Assembly (NCBI GenBank): GCA_037481815.1
Contig: JBBFKX010000002.1
Coordinates: 352,001-416,000 of the forward strand
DNA: 64,000 bases
DNA from: a candidate division WOR-3 bacterium
GTDB taxonomy: Bacteria > Hydrothermota > 32-111
Reading direction: 5' to 3'
The notes beneath the pieces are model-generated. The model was not told the DNA's origin. It saw only the letters and a list, made by a program, of their open reading frames with translations, and did no database searches. A program made the translations under genes and the position numbers. Below, piece by piece: positions 50,190 to 58,812 of this stretch (within the stretch, counting starts at the first letter, position 1; every line of letters begins with the position of its first letter).

Positions 50190-50775
50190 TCTTAACTCCT
50201 TTTGATATTCCATAGAAGAAAATTTCCAACATTGACTGTATCACTTTTTCTACATAGTTGAAATCTATCTCAGATGTCCATCTATATTCAAAACCTTTCA
50301 TTGCCACAACAAACGATTCGGCTGTTAATGAGACATCGATATCTTTGAGTTCACCTTTTTTCACACCATCCTTTAAAATGTCCTCTATAAATTTTTCCTC
50401 TTCTATGTCAAATTTCTTTCTGAGTTTTTGCACAAATTCAAATTGTCTATAGTAATCCTCCTTAAATGTTTGATAGAAATTTGCCACTTCATTTAAAATT
50501 TTGTATCTATTCAACACATATGTTTGCAATTTTTCTTTTGTTGTTTTTTTATCAACAATCGATTGAAAAAGTTTTTCTTTAAGGTAGATTATTTCCCTTT
50601 CGATAACCTCCACAAAAACATCTTCTTTTGTTCTAAAATAGTAATATAGAGCACCTTTTTTCTTTCCCACTGCCTTTGCAATATCATCCATCGTCGTCTT
50701 TTCATATCCATACTTTGCAAATATCTGATTAGCTTTTTTCAAAATTTCTTCTTTTACATTTTTTTCCTTTTTCAT
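50161..50775 (-). CDS. TetR/AcrR family transcriptional regulator
   Basis: FAKYGYEKTTMDDIAKAVGKKKGALYYYFRTKEDVF. Confidence 0.95.
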   Translation of the reverse strand: MKKEKNVKEEILKKANQIFAKYGYEKTTMDDIAKAVGKKKGALYYYFRTKEDVFVEVIEREIIYLKEKLFQSIVDKKTTKEKLQTYVLNRYKILNEVANFYQTFKEDYYRQFEFVQKLRKKFDIEEEKFIEDILKDGVKKGELKDIDVSLTAESFVVAMKGFEYRWTSEIDFNYVEKVIQSMLEIFFYGISKGVKSGKISIKKQ

Positions 50776-50784
50776 AAACTCTCC

Positions 50785-50827
50785 TTTGACTTTTTGACTT
50801 TTTTAGTATTATAGTCAAAAAGTCAAA
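50785..50827. promoter_or_regulatory. Putative TetR operator (15-bp perfect inverted repeat) overlapping promoter
   Basis: TTTGACTTTTTGACT-N13-AGTCAAAAAGTCAAA; minus-strand TTGATT-16-TATAAT (50835-50808) overlaps it. Confidence 0.75.
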
Positions 50828-50868
50828 AAAATCAAGTACTGCTTAAAATTATTTTCTGTTAAGGAATT

Positions 50869-51816
50869 CTATTTTCTTTTGGAGAAATATATATCCGCTT
50901 CTATCATTGTGTCGTTTCTAAAAAAATGGTGGACGAAATAAAGATTCCCATCTTCATCAAGAGTTGGTTCACCTGCAAACTGAGAAACCATCAACTCTGG
51001 TTCACCCCAGTTATTGTTAATTTTTTTTGATCTAAAAATTGCTGGTGTTCCCATATATGTTCTTGAAAACCAGAATTCATTTCCATCTTTTGAAATGAAT
51101 GGAAATCCATCATCACCTTGAGTGTTAAGAATACTAAAATTGATCGGTTCACTCCACCCATCATCTTTTTTTACTGTATACCAGATATCAAGCCCACCTT
51201 TTCCATCATCTCTTGTTGAATGAAAATATAAAGTATCTTTATGAAGATGAACTTCCCCTATCTTATAATCTTTCATCAATAAATCTCCACAGTATTGACA
51301 GTTTATCCATTTTTCACCATCAAATTCTGCGGTAAACATATTCACCCCTTCGTAACCTTCCCTTACGGAAGCAAACCACATTAATGTATCCTCAACACAA
51401 ACGGCTCCATCCAAAGATATTTTCCCTGGCTCTATCAACCAAACTCTTTTTGCTTCTTCCCAGATTCCATTTTCGAATTCAGAAACCCAAACTCCGGTTA
51501 CGCTATCAAGTATCTGTTTTTCTACAGGACCTCTGACATCTGGTGTAAAGAAAAAGTACAGCGTTTTTCCATCTGGAAGAATAAAAGGTGAATCCTCAGC
51601 CCCTTTCGTGTTCACTCCTCCCTGAACGGGAACAGGTTGTTCAAATTCGTTTGAATGGAGTAGTGGAGGGTGTTGATCTAAATCGGGGGTCACTTTTGTT
51701 ATATCAGCAGGTAGTTTATTATTTCTATCAACAAGTGGATATTCTTCATGCTTTAGAAGAAAACATCCATTACTAAAAATTATTATCAATGAAATGATAA
51801 AAATTGGAACTCTCAT
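50869..51816 (-). CDS. Lipoprotein with PD40/WD40-like beta-propeller repeats
   Basis: Lipobox SNGC; VNT..EDSPFILPDGKTLYF, STR..GKGGLDIW, PFISKDGNEFWFSR. Confidence 0.8.
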   Translation of the reverse strand: MRVPIFIISLIIIFSNGCFLLKHEEYPLVDRNNKLPADITKVTPDLDQHPPLLHSNEFEQPVPVQGGVNTKGAEDSPFILPDGKTLYFFFTPDVRGPVEKQILDSVTGVWVSEFENGIWEEAKRVWLIEPGKISLDGAVCVEDTLMWFASVREGYEGVNMFTAEFDGEKWINCQYCGDLLMKDYKIGEVHLHKDTLYFHSTRDDGKGGLDIWYTVKKDDGWSEPINFSILNTQGDDGFPFISKDGNEFWFSRTYMGTPAIFRSKKINNNWGEPELMVSQFAGEPTLDEDGNLYFVHHFFRNDTMIEADIYFSKRK

Positions 51817-51962
51817 TTTGTCTCCTTAAGATTTTTTATCCTTAGAACAAGTTTATCATCTTTTTTTTGTTTGGCAAGCAATATTATAAATTTATTAACT
51901 AAATTAAAAAGTATAAAAATGTTCTCCTTGACTAAATACTTTTATTAAATTAAAATTGTAAT

Positions 51963-52826
51963 GTGAAAAAAAGTAGTAATACTATTTTGAAATTTTTATT
52001 GTTGTCTTTAATTTTCTTATCCTGTGTTAAAAATAAAAACTTTTACAAAATTGAAAATGTTAAAATAGTTGAAACTTCAACTTCAAAGGAAATCGATTTC
52101 TATGATTTTTCACAGAAAATTTTGGTCTACGATATAATCCTTTTCGGTGAAAAGCATGATGATGAATTCACGCATAAATTAGAATCGATCACATTTGAAT
52201 CCATGTTTAAAAACAACAAAAAAATAGCATTATCACTTGAAATGTTTGAAAAGGATGTTCAAAACATTCTTGACTCCTATTTAAAAAATGAAATTACAGA
52301 GAGTGAGTTTTTGCAGAGTTCAAGACCATGGCCTAACTATCAAACAGATTATAAACCATTAATCGAATTTGCAAAAGAGAACAAAATACCTGTGATCGCA
52401 TCAAATATCCCGAGAAAATTTGCATCGATAATATCAAAATCTGGAAAAGATTCACTTTACAAAACTGAAAACATTAAAGACCTTTTCTTTGAACCAGTTG
52501 TTGATCTACAATCCTATAAAGAAAGGTTTTTCGAATTTATGTCTTCAATCATGCCAACCTCACCGATGGGAAATCTTAATAAAGAAAACACTTATATGTC
52601 TCAACTTTTTAAAGATGCAACCATGGCTGGATCTATAAAAAATTTTTTAAATGCAAACAAAGATTATAAAATTTTACATATATGCGGAGAATTCCATTCA
52701 AACTATCATCTTGGAATCTACTCTCAACTTGAAAAAATGTTACCTGATAGAAAGATCGTAACGATTGCAATTGTAGATTCAACAGATTTCGATCCACAAC
52801 TCGCCGATTTTATCTTTGTAAAATGA
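51963..52826 (+). CDS. ChaN family (heme-uptake-like) lipoprotein
   Basis: Lipobox FLSC; FGEKHD, LSLEMF, W.NY..DYKP, ASNIPR, DATMA, CG.FH. Confidence 0.85.
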   Translation: MKKSSNTILKFLLLSLIFLSCVKNKNFYKIENVKIVETSTSKEIDFYDFSQKILVYDIILFGEKHDDEFTHKLESITFESMFKNNKKIALSLEMFEKDVQNILDSYLKNEITESEFLQSSRPWPNYQTDYKPLIEFAKENKIPVIASNIPRKFASIISKSGKDSLYKTENIKDLFFEPVVDLQSYKERFFEFMSSIMPTSPMGNLNKENTYMSQLFKDATMAGSIKNFLNANKDYKILHICGEFHSNYHLGIYSQLEKMLPDRKIVTIAIVDSTDFDPQLADFIFVK

Positions 52827-54064
52827 AAGAGAACCCTAAAATCAAAATTGAAAAAATAGTGTCCGATGGAAGGGGTATCGGAAGATATGAGGGAAAAGTT
52901 TTTTTTGTTAACGATGTTATTCCCGATGAGATTATCGAAGTTGAATCTATAAATGAAAAGAAAAATTTCACAGAGGCAAAAGCAGTTTCAATCCTGAAAA
53001 AATCCCCTTACAGAATAAATCCACCTTGTAAATATTATAAAGATTGTGGTGGCTGTTCATTTCAACATATCGACTATAAATACCATAAAGTTATAAAAAC
53101 ACAAATATTGAAAGAACTTCTAAAAATGAATTCAAAAATCAATTATGAGGATGGAATCGAATTTGTTGAATCGATTCCATTTTTCTACAGGAATAAAATT
53201 ACTTTGAGAGTCAACGAAAAAGGTGTTTCACTTTTAAAAGAAAAATCAAACGAGTTTGTCAACATTGAGTCCTGTCAAATTGTAAACGAAAAGATCAACG
53301 AAGTCATTGGTGTTTTAAATCGGATGAATCTTTACGGAAACAATGTGAACAAGGTTAGTATAAGGTTATCAAAAGCAGGAAAAATTCTGCTGACATTTTA
53401 TACCGAACTTATCGATTTATCCCATTCTTCATTGTTTCTTGAGTCATTAAATGCTGACAATCTGATTCTTTTTTTAAAAAATAAAAAACCAGTATATTTA
53501 AAAGGAAGAGGTGAACTTGTAAATCTGATTGACGAAAATATTTTTCATTTCTCACATTCAAACTTTTTTCAGGTAAACGATTTTATAGCAGAAAAACTTT
53601 ATTCATACCTACAGAGTGTTATAAAAGAAGGGGAAAATCTACTCGATCTTTTCTCCGGTATAGGGATCTACTCGATAATTTTTAACCGATTATTCAAGAA
53701 AATATATTCAGTTGAAGGTAACCAATCTTCAGTTCATTTTCAGAGAAAAAATATTAAGGAAAACAAAATAAATAACGTTTCCGTCATCAACAGATTTATT
53801 GATTCAACTTTTGAACTCGAAAAAAACATTCTTTTTGATACTGTGATAATAGATCCACCACGAGAGGGGGTTGATAGAATATTTTTAAAATCGCTTCTTC
53901 CAAAAATCAAAAATCAACTTATCTATATTTCATGTGATCCAGCAACCCTGACAAGGGATATAAACATCATCAAGGACGAATTTTTCATAAGGGAGATAAA
54001 AATTTTCGATATGTTTCCCCAAACAAGACACTTTGAAACCGTTGTTATTTTTGAGAGGATTTAA
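52823..54064 (+). CDS. rlmD: 23S rRNA (uracil-5)-methyltransferase RlmD/TrmA family
   Basis: TRAM domain, C..Y..CGGC, FFQVN, DLFSGIG, DPPR, YISCDPATL.RD, DMFPQT.HFE. Confidence 0.88.
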   Translation: MKENPKIKIEKIVSDGRGIGRYEGKVFFVNDVIPDEIIEVESINEKKNFTEAKAVSILKKSPYRINPPCKYYKDCGGCSFQHIDYKYHKVIKTQILKELLKMNSKINYEDGIEFVESIPFFYRNKITLRVNEKGVSLLKEKSNEFVNIESCQIVNEKINEVIGVLNRMNLYGNNVNKVSIRLSKAGKILLTFYTELIDLSHSSLFLESLNADNLILFLKNKKPVYLKGRGELVNLIDENIFHFSHSNFFQVNDFIAEKLYSYLQSVIKEGENLLDLFSGIGIYSIIFNRLFKKIYSVEGNQSSVHFQRKNIKENKINNVSVINRFIDSTFELEKNILFDTVIIDPPREGVDRIFLKSLLPKIKNQLIYISCDPATLTRDINIIKDEFFIREIKIFDMFPQTRHFETVVIFERI

Positions 54065-54983
54065 ATCTTAATAAAACTCTGACAGATTCTTCAGTTGATT
54101 TTGAATCAATCCAATCAATTCGATTACATAAATTATATGCAGGTCCATGATCTGGAGATACTCTCAAGAAATCAAGACCCAAAGTTATATTCACTCCGCT
54201 ATTAAAAGATAACATTTTAAAAGGTATTAAAACCTGATCATGGTATGTTCCAACAAATAGATCGTAATTCAGTAGATTGTTTTTATTAAATGCAGAATCA
54301 GCAGAAACAGGTCCTTCAATGTCAAACTCTTTTTTTATTAAAGTGATTATTTTTTTCAACCTATCATCAGACAACCCCAGAAGTTTTCCATCTGAGCAAT
54401 GTGGATTAACACATAAAAATAACATCTTCGGTTCTTTCTTCAAAAACCTTTTATAGAATTCCTGTGCATTTTTTAATTGTTTTCTGATATCAGATTTAAA
54501 AAGTTCATTTTCAACTTTTTCAAGTTTAATATGTCTTGTTAAAGGGAGAACAGAAATCTTTTTTGAAAAAAGAAGCATACTTAATTTCTTGTTAAACTTT
54601 TCCTCTAAATATTCAGTATGTCCACAAAAACCGATTTTAAATTTTTCTATCTGTTCTTTATTTACAGGCATGGTTAAAAGACCATAATAACTATCCTTTT
54701 CATTTTTCATCCTCTCTATTGAAAAATCGAGAGATTTTATTGACAACAATGTCGACTCTTTTGATGGTTCGCCTATTTTTATCTTTTGGATTTTTGTTTG
54801 TGGAAAATCAAAACAGATATTTTTTAACTTTTTTTTGATTTCGAAACTTTTTAGAGCATCATAAAAAATTTTTTCCGTACAAGAAACTTCAAATGTGGTA
54901 TTCTTATATTTTTGTGCTGTAACATAAATAAGATATGAGTTGATACCTCCAATATCACCAATTGAAACAAGTATTTTTTTCAT
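54045..54983 (-). CDS. pdxA: 4-hydroxythreonine-4-phosphate dehydrogenase
   Basis: GD.GGI, PVNK, GHTEYL, NPH, YHDQ, N.TLGL...RVSPDHG. Confidence 0.88.
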   Translation of the reverse strand: MKKILVSIGDIGGINSYLIYVTAQKYKNTTFEVSCTEKIFYDALKSFEIKKKLKNICFDFPQTKIQKIKIGEPSKESTLLSIKSLDFSIERMKNEKDSYYGLLTMPVNKEQIEKFKIGFCGHTEYLEEKFNKKLSMLLFSKKISVLPLTRHIKLEKVENELFKSDIRKQLKNAQEFYKRFLKKEPKMLFLCVNPHCSDGKLLGLSDDRLKKIITLIKKEFDIEGPVSADSAFNKNNLLNYDLFVGTYHDQVLIPFKMLSFNSGVNITLGLDFLRVSPDHGPAYNLCNRIDWIDSKSTEESVRVLLRFKSSQK

Positions 54984-56245
54984 TCGGAATAAACTTTTAT
55001 AAAAGATTTTTCTTTTTCCCTATCGATCAGTTTCTGGATCTCTTCTTCAACTTTTCTACTCTCAAGTACCGATGCGATGATGTCTCTTACTTCTTCATAG
55101 GAACTGATCTTACCACCAGAAATGTTTTTAATCATAAAAAGTTCATAACCAAAATCACCTTTTACAATTTCAGACACCTCATTTTCCTGTAAACTTTTCA
55201 AAACATTTCTAACATTTTCAGATACCATTTCAAACATGACTCTTCCAACGAATCCACCTTTATCTTTTGTCCACTGATCGTTTGAATATTTTTTCGCTGC
55301 ATCTTCAAAAGTTATCTTTTTATTAACGATCTCCTTTCTTATATTGCTTATTTTATTGTATGCTAAAACCGAGTCATCTTTTGTTACTGGAAATTTTAAG
55401 AGTATCTGCTTATAGTTAATAGAGTCATCTTTTGCATCAATTATTTTTATTATATGCATTCCCTCTCTTGACTGTGTAAAAATAAGAGTATCTGCTTTTC
55501 TGTTCTGATAAAGAAAATTCGCAAGTTCAACTGGTAAATCACCATACTTTTTATAACCAACAACTCCACCTTTTTTTGCATACTTATCTTCAGAATAGAT
55601 CTTAGAAAGTTGTGTAAAGTCCTTTCCATTTTTCAAATCTAATACGATAGATTCAAACTTCTGTAAAAGATCAAACATCCTTAAACTGTCTGGCTGTATT
55701 ATTATAGAAATATGGTAAAGATCCGCAGCAGGTTGAACATAGAAAGAATCTTTATTCTGTTCATAAAAATCTTTTATTTCATTTTCATTCACAGATGTTT
55801 TTATCATCCTTTTGTTCAAAATCTGTCTTTTAAGGTATAAACCTGTTGCCTGTTGGAAGTAGTTTTTTCTTAAATCATCTATTTTTATACCATTTTTTGA
55901 CAGATAATCATAAAATTCCGTGGTATCGTTAAAATTCTTTTTTAAATCTTCTATCCTTCTATCAACCTCTTTTAATAACATTAAACTATCAACAGATATT
56001 GAATCTTTATCAGCGATTATCTGTAAAATTTTAGAATCGATGAGAATCTGGACCAGATTTCTTTTTAAAGAGTCAACTGCCTCTTTGTTGAAAATTGAAG
56101 AGTTTTCTATCAAAAAAAGTTTTTCTTTATACTCAGATTCAAGTATTATCGAATCGTTTACCTGAATAAAAATCCTATCCGCTTTTAGATTTAAAGCGGA
56201 TAGGGAAAATATAAAGAAGAATAGATTGAAAATTTTATTTTTCAA
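54980..56245 (-). CDS. SurA-like parvulin PPIase
   Basis: DRI...VNDSIILESE N-domain; two parvulin domains; directly upstream of pdxA. Confidence 0.8.
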   Translation of the reverse strand: MKNKIFNLFFFIFSLSALNLKADRIFIQVNDSIILESEYKEKLFLIENSSIFNKEAVDSLKRNLVQILIDSKILQIIADKDSISVDSLMLLKEVDRRIEDLKKNFNDTTEFYDYLSKNGIKIDDLRKNYFQQATGLYLKRQILNKRMIKTSVNENEIKDFYEQNKDSFYVQPAADLYHISIIIQPDSLRMFDLLQKFESIVLDLKNGKDFTQLSKIYSEDKYAKKGGVVGYKKYGDLPVELANFLYQNRKADTLIFTQSREGMHIIKIIDAKDDSINYKQILLKFPVTKDDSVLAYNKISNIRKEIVNKKITFEDAAKKYSNDQWTKDKGGFVGRVMFEMVSENVRNVLKSLQENEVSEIVKGDFGYELFMIKNISGGKISSYEEVRDIIASVLESRKVEEEIQKLIDREKEKSFIKVYSE

Positions 56246-57101
56246 ATTTGTACTCTATTTTTGCTTTTTCTCTTAACTGCTGTGTATACGCCTGTATGTA
56301 TGATTTTGATTTTTCAGAATATAAAAGGTTTGTAAGCATTCCTTTTATAGTATTTTCATCAAGATTTGATGGTTTAAAATCAACGAGTTTTACGATATTG
56401 TATGTTCCATTTATTTCAGCAAAAGGTGTCGATATTTCTCCTTTATTTTTTAATGAGAAGGCAACAGAATCTATGTTGGCAAATCCTATGCTTGTTAATT
56501 GTTTGAATGTAAACCATGTATCTATAGCACCACCTTTTTGTCCTGTCTGTTTGTCAAGGGAGACCTCTTTTGCAACAGATTCAAAACTCTTTTTACCTGA
56601 TTTTATCAAATTGTATATTGAATCAGCATATCCTTTGTCCGCTGGAAGAACTATGATTGATATTTTTATGTTTTTATCAAAATTGGGCTTATTCAACTGA
56701 AAATACGCTGTTATCTCATCCTGCGTTGGTGCAGGCATCTCTTTAATTTTCTTTTCCATATATTTGCTTGCAAGAGTAATTATTTCCTGTAATTTTAGTT
56801 GATTCATCAAATTTGTGTCATTTTCGATTCCATTTTTCAACGCCTCATGGTATATTAGAATATTGTCGATCAATTCATCCACTACCAATTTTTTGTTTTC
56901 TTCTGGAACCGGCTGACCCTGTGTTACGATGTTGACCAGCCCTTCTGAAATGTTCATTCCATTAACTGTTGCAAGAACTTTTCCTGAAGTTTTTAAACTA
57001 ATTTTTTCTTCCTGTGTGTTTTTCAAAACTATGTATCCAAGAAGGATAACAACGATTAAGGAAAGCACAAGGATTACGATAACTTTTGTGTCTTTTTTCA
57101 T
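56235..57101 (-). CDS. Parvulin-type PPIase (membrane-anchored)
   Basis: LATVNG, FESVAKEVSLD..T...GG. ATG 57101 after AAGGAG. Confidence 0.8.
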   Translation of the reverse strand: MKKDTKVIVILVLSLIVVILLGYIVLKNTQEEKISLKTSGKVLATVNGMNISEGLVNIVTQGQPVPEENKKLVVDELIDNILIYHEALKNGIENDTNLMNQLKLQEIITLASKYMEKKIKEMPAPTQDEITAYFQLNKPNFDKNIKISIIVLPADKGYADSIYNLIKSGKKSFESVAKEVSLDKQTGQKGGAIDTWFTFKQLTSIGFANIDSVAFSLKNKGEISTPFAEINGTYNIVKLVDFKPSNLDENTIKGMLTNLLYSEKSKSYIQAYTQQLREKAKIEYKFEK

Positions 57102-57105
57102 TTTT

Positions 57106-58782
57106 TTACTCCTTATTTTCACTGATTGTTTGGTTTACGATTTTATCGAAAAGGTTTCTGTTAACGAATATCTTCACATTTTTCTTTTCTTTTTCTATCT
57201 GATCATTGTATATACTATCAGTATAAAATTTCAGATATTCATTTTTTAACTGTCTTGATTTGAATTCATCTGTCAACTCTTTTGGTTTTGGAGGGATCAC
57301 ATCAACCACATAAATTATGTTGTATCCCTTTGAGTTCTGGAAAATATCTGATATTTTACCTTTACCTGTTTCAACTGCTTTTTGATAGTATCCTGTTGTA
57401 TCGGTTTCATCGAAAATAAAATAATCGGGTTTTGAAAACTCCTTAGGTTTTATTGTTGAATACAATCTTGCAAAACGCTGAAAATCCTTTTTTCTAATCT
57501 TTAAAGAATCTTTAACCATATTTACTTTCTGCAGATCAGTGTTTGAAACTATATAAACATGCACCTTCCCCTTTTCCATGAATCTATCGATCTTGTCTTT
57601 ATAAAATTTGACCAGAAGTGAATCATCTGTTGGTATTGAATTCATTATATCTTTACGAACTTTCTGATCACAAATTATTGCCATCTTGACATCGGTTTCC
57701 TTTGCAAATTCTTTTGAAAGGTTTCCTCCCATCCTTCTTCCTTTTTCATAAACTGTCATAAAGAAGAGCATCCTATCTATGAAGTTTCTCATAACATCCG
57801 GTTGAGAGAACGGGACTTTTCCAAAACCACCTTTCTGTGCTTCTCTGATAACATCATCTATAGTCCACGCACCGAATATTGATGTTGCAAGAACAAGTTT
57901 TCTTTCATCTTTCAATGAATCGAGTATCACATTTCCAACAGAATCATATTTGAACGCCTGGAAAAGTTTGTTTATGTTTTCTAAATTAACATTTATTTTA
58001 CCCATCTTTCTCAATTTTTCTTCCGACTTTACGGCGATCTCGTTAATTTTCTTTCTTTTTAATGTGTTCTCAATCCCCTTTATTTCACTCTGATATTTTG
58101 ATGTATCCTTTTTTTCTCTTTTCAAAACTCTGATTATATGGTATCCAAAAGGAGATTTGACAGGTTTTCCAATCACATTTATCGGTTGTTTAAAACAGGC
58201 ATCCTCAAATGGTTTAACCATAACTCCACCAGAAAATTCTCTAAGCATTCCTTCGTTGTTTTTGTTGTTTGTATCAAGTGAATATAATGCCGCAAGTTCT
58301 CCAAACCTTTCTGGTTGTTTTTTTAATATTTCATATAAAGAATCAGCAAGTTTTTTATCTTCAACAAGTATATGTTGAGCCCATATCGTTGTTTTACTCC
58401 TGATATATGTATCCCATAGTTCCTTTTCACTTATCTTAACCTTTTTTGTCACTTCGTTATCATAAACCAGTCCTATCAACCTGCTGTTTTCTGATTGAAC
58501 CTTTTGTGTTAATAGATCTTCTGTAAGAAGATTGTTTTTTTCCATATAGTTATAAACTATCATCTGGTTTATCAGGTTGTTCAAGGCATCCTCTGCCCTT
58601 TTCAAATTTTCCTCTTTCGAAAGATTTGGCATTGGGGTATACATCTTTTTAAAAGTACTTTCGAACAAAACTTTATTATCAACTTTTGCAATCACATTAT
58701 CTCTTTTTGAACAACCATAAAAATTGAAGAGAATAAAAAATAGTGCTGTAAAAACTATAACATTTTTTGAAACTTTCATCAA
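57106..58782 (-). CDS. Parvulin-type PPIase lipoprotein (two domains)
   Basis: Lipobox FYGC; AQHILV, MVKPFEDAC, PVKSPFGYHII. Confidence 0.85.
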   Translation of the reverse strand: MMKVSKNVIVFTALFFILFNFYGCSKRDNVIAKVDNKVLFESTFKKMYTPMPNLSKEENLKRAEDALNNLINQMIVYNYMEKNNLLTEDLLTQKVQSENSRLIGLVYDNEVTKKVKISEKELWDTYIRSKTTIWAQHILVEDKKLADSLYEILKKQPERFGELAALYSLDTNNKNNEGMLREFSGGVMVKPFEDACFKQPINVIGKPVKSPFGYHIIRVLKREKKDTSKYQSEIKGIENTLKRKKINEIAVKSEEKLRKMGKINVNLENINKLFQAFKYDSVGNVILDSLKDERKLVLATSIFGAWTIDDVIREAQKGGFGKVPFSQPDVMRNFIDRMLFFMTVYEKGRRMGGNLSKEFAKETDVKMAIICDQKVRKDIMNSIPTDDSLLVKFYKDKIDRFMEKGKVHVYIVSNTDLQKVNMVKDSLKIRKKDFQRFARLYSTIKPKEFSKPDYFIFDETDTTGYYQKAVETGKGKISDIFQNSKGYNIIYVVDVIPPKPKELTDEFKSRQLKNEYLKFYTDSIYNDQIEKEKKNVKIFVNRNLFDKIVNQTISENKE

Positions 58783-58812
58783 ACCTCCTTACAAGATAAT
58801 TTTTAATTATAA

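Noticed and set aside
50785..50827. Inverted repeat as a terminator
   Set aside because: AT-rich arms, 13-nt spacer and overlap with the tetR promoter fit an operator better.
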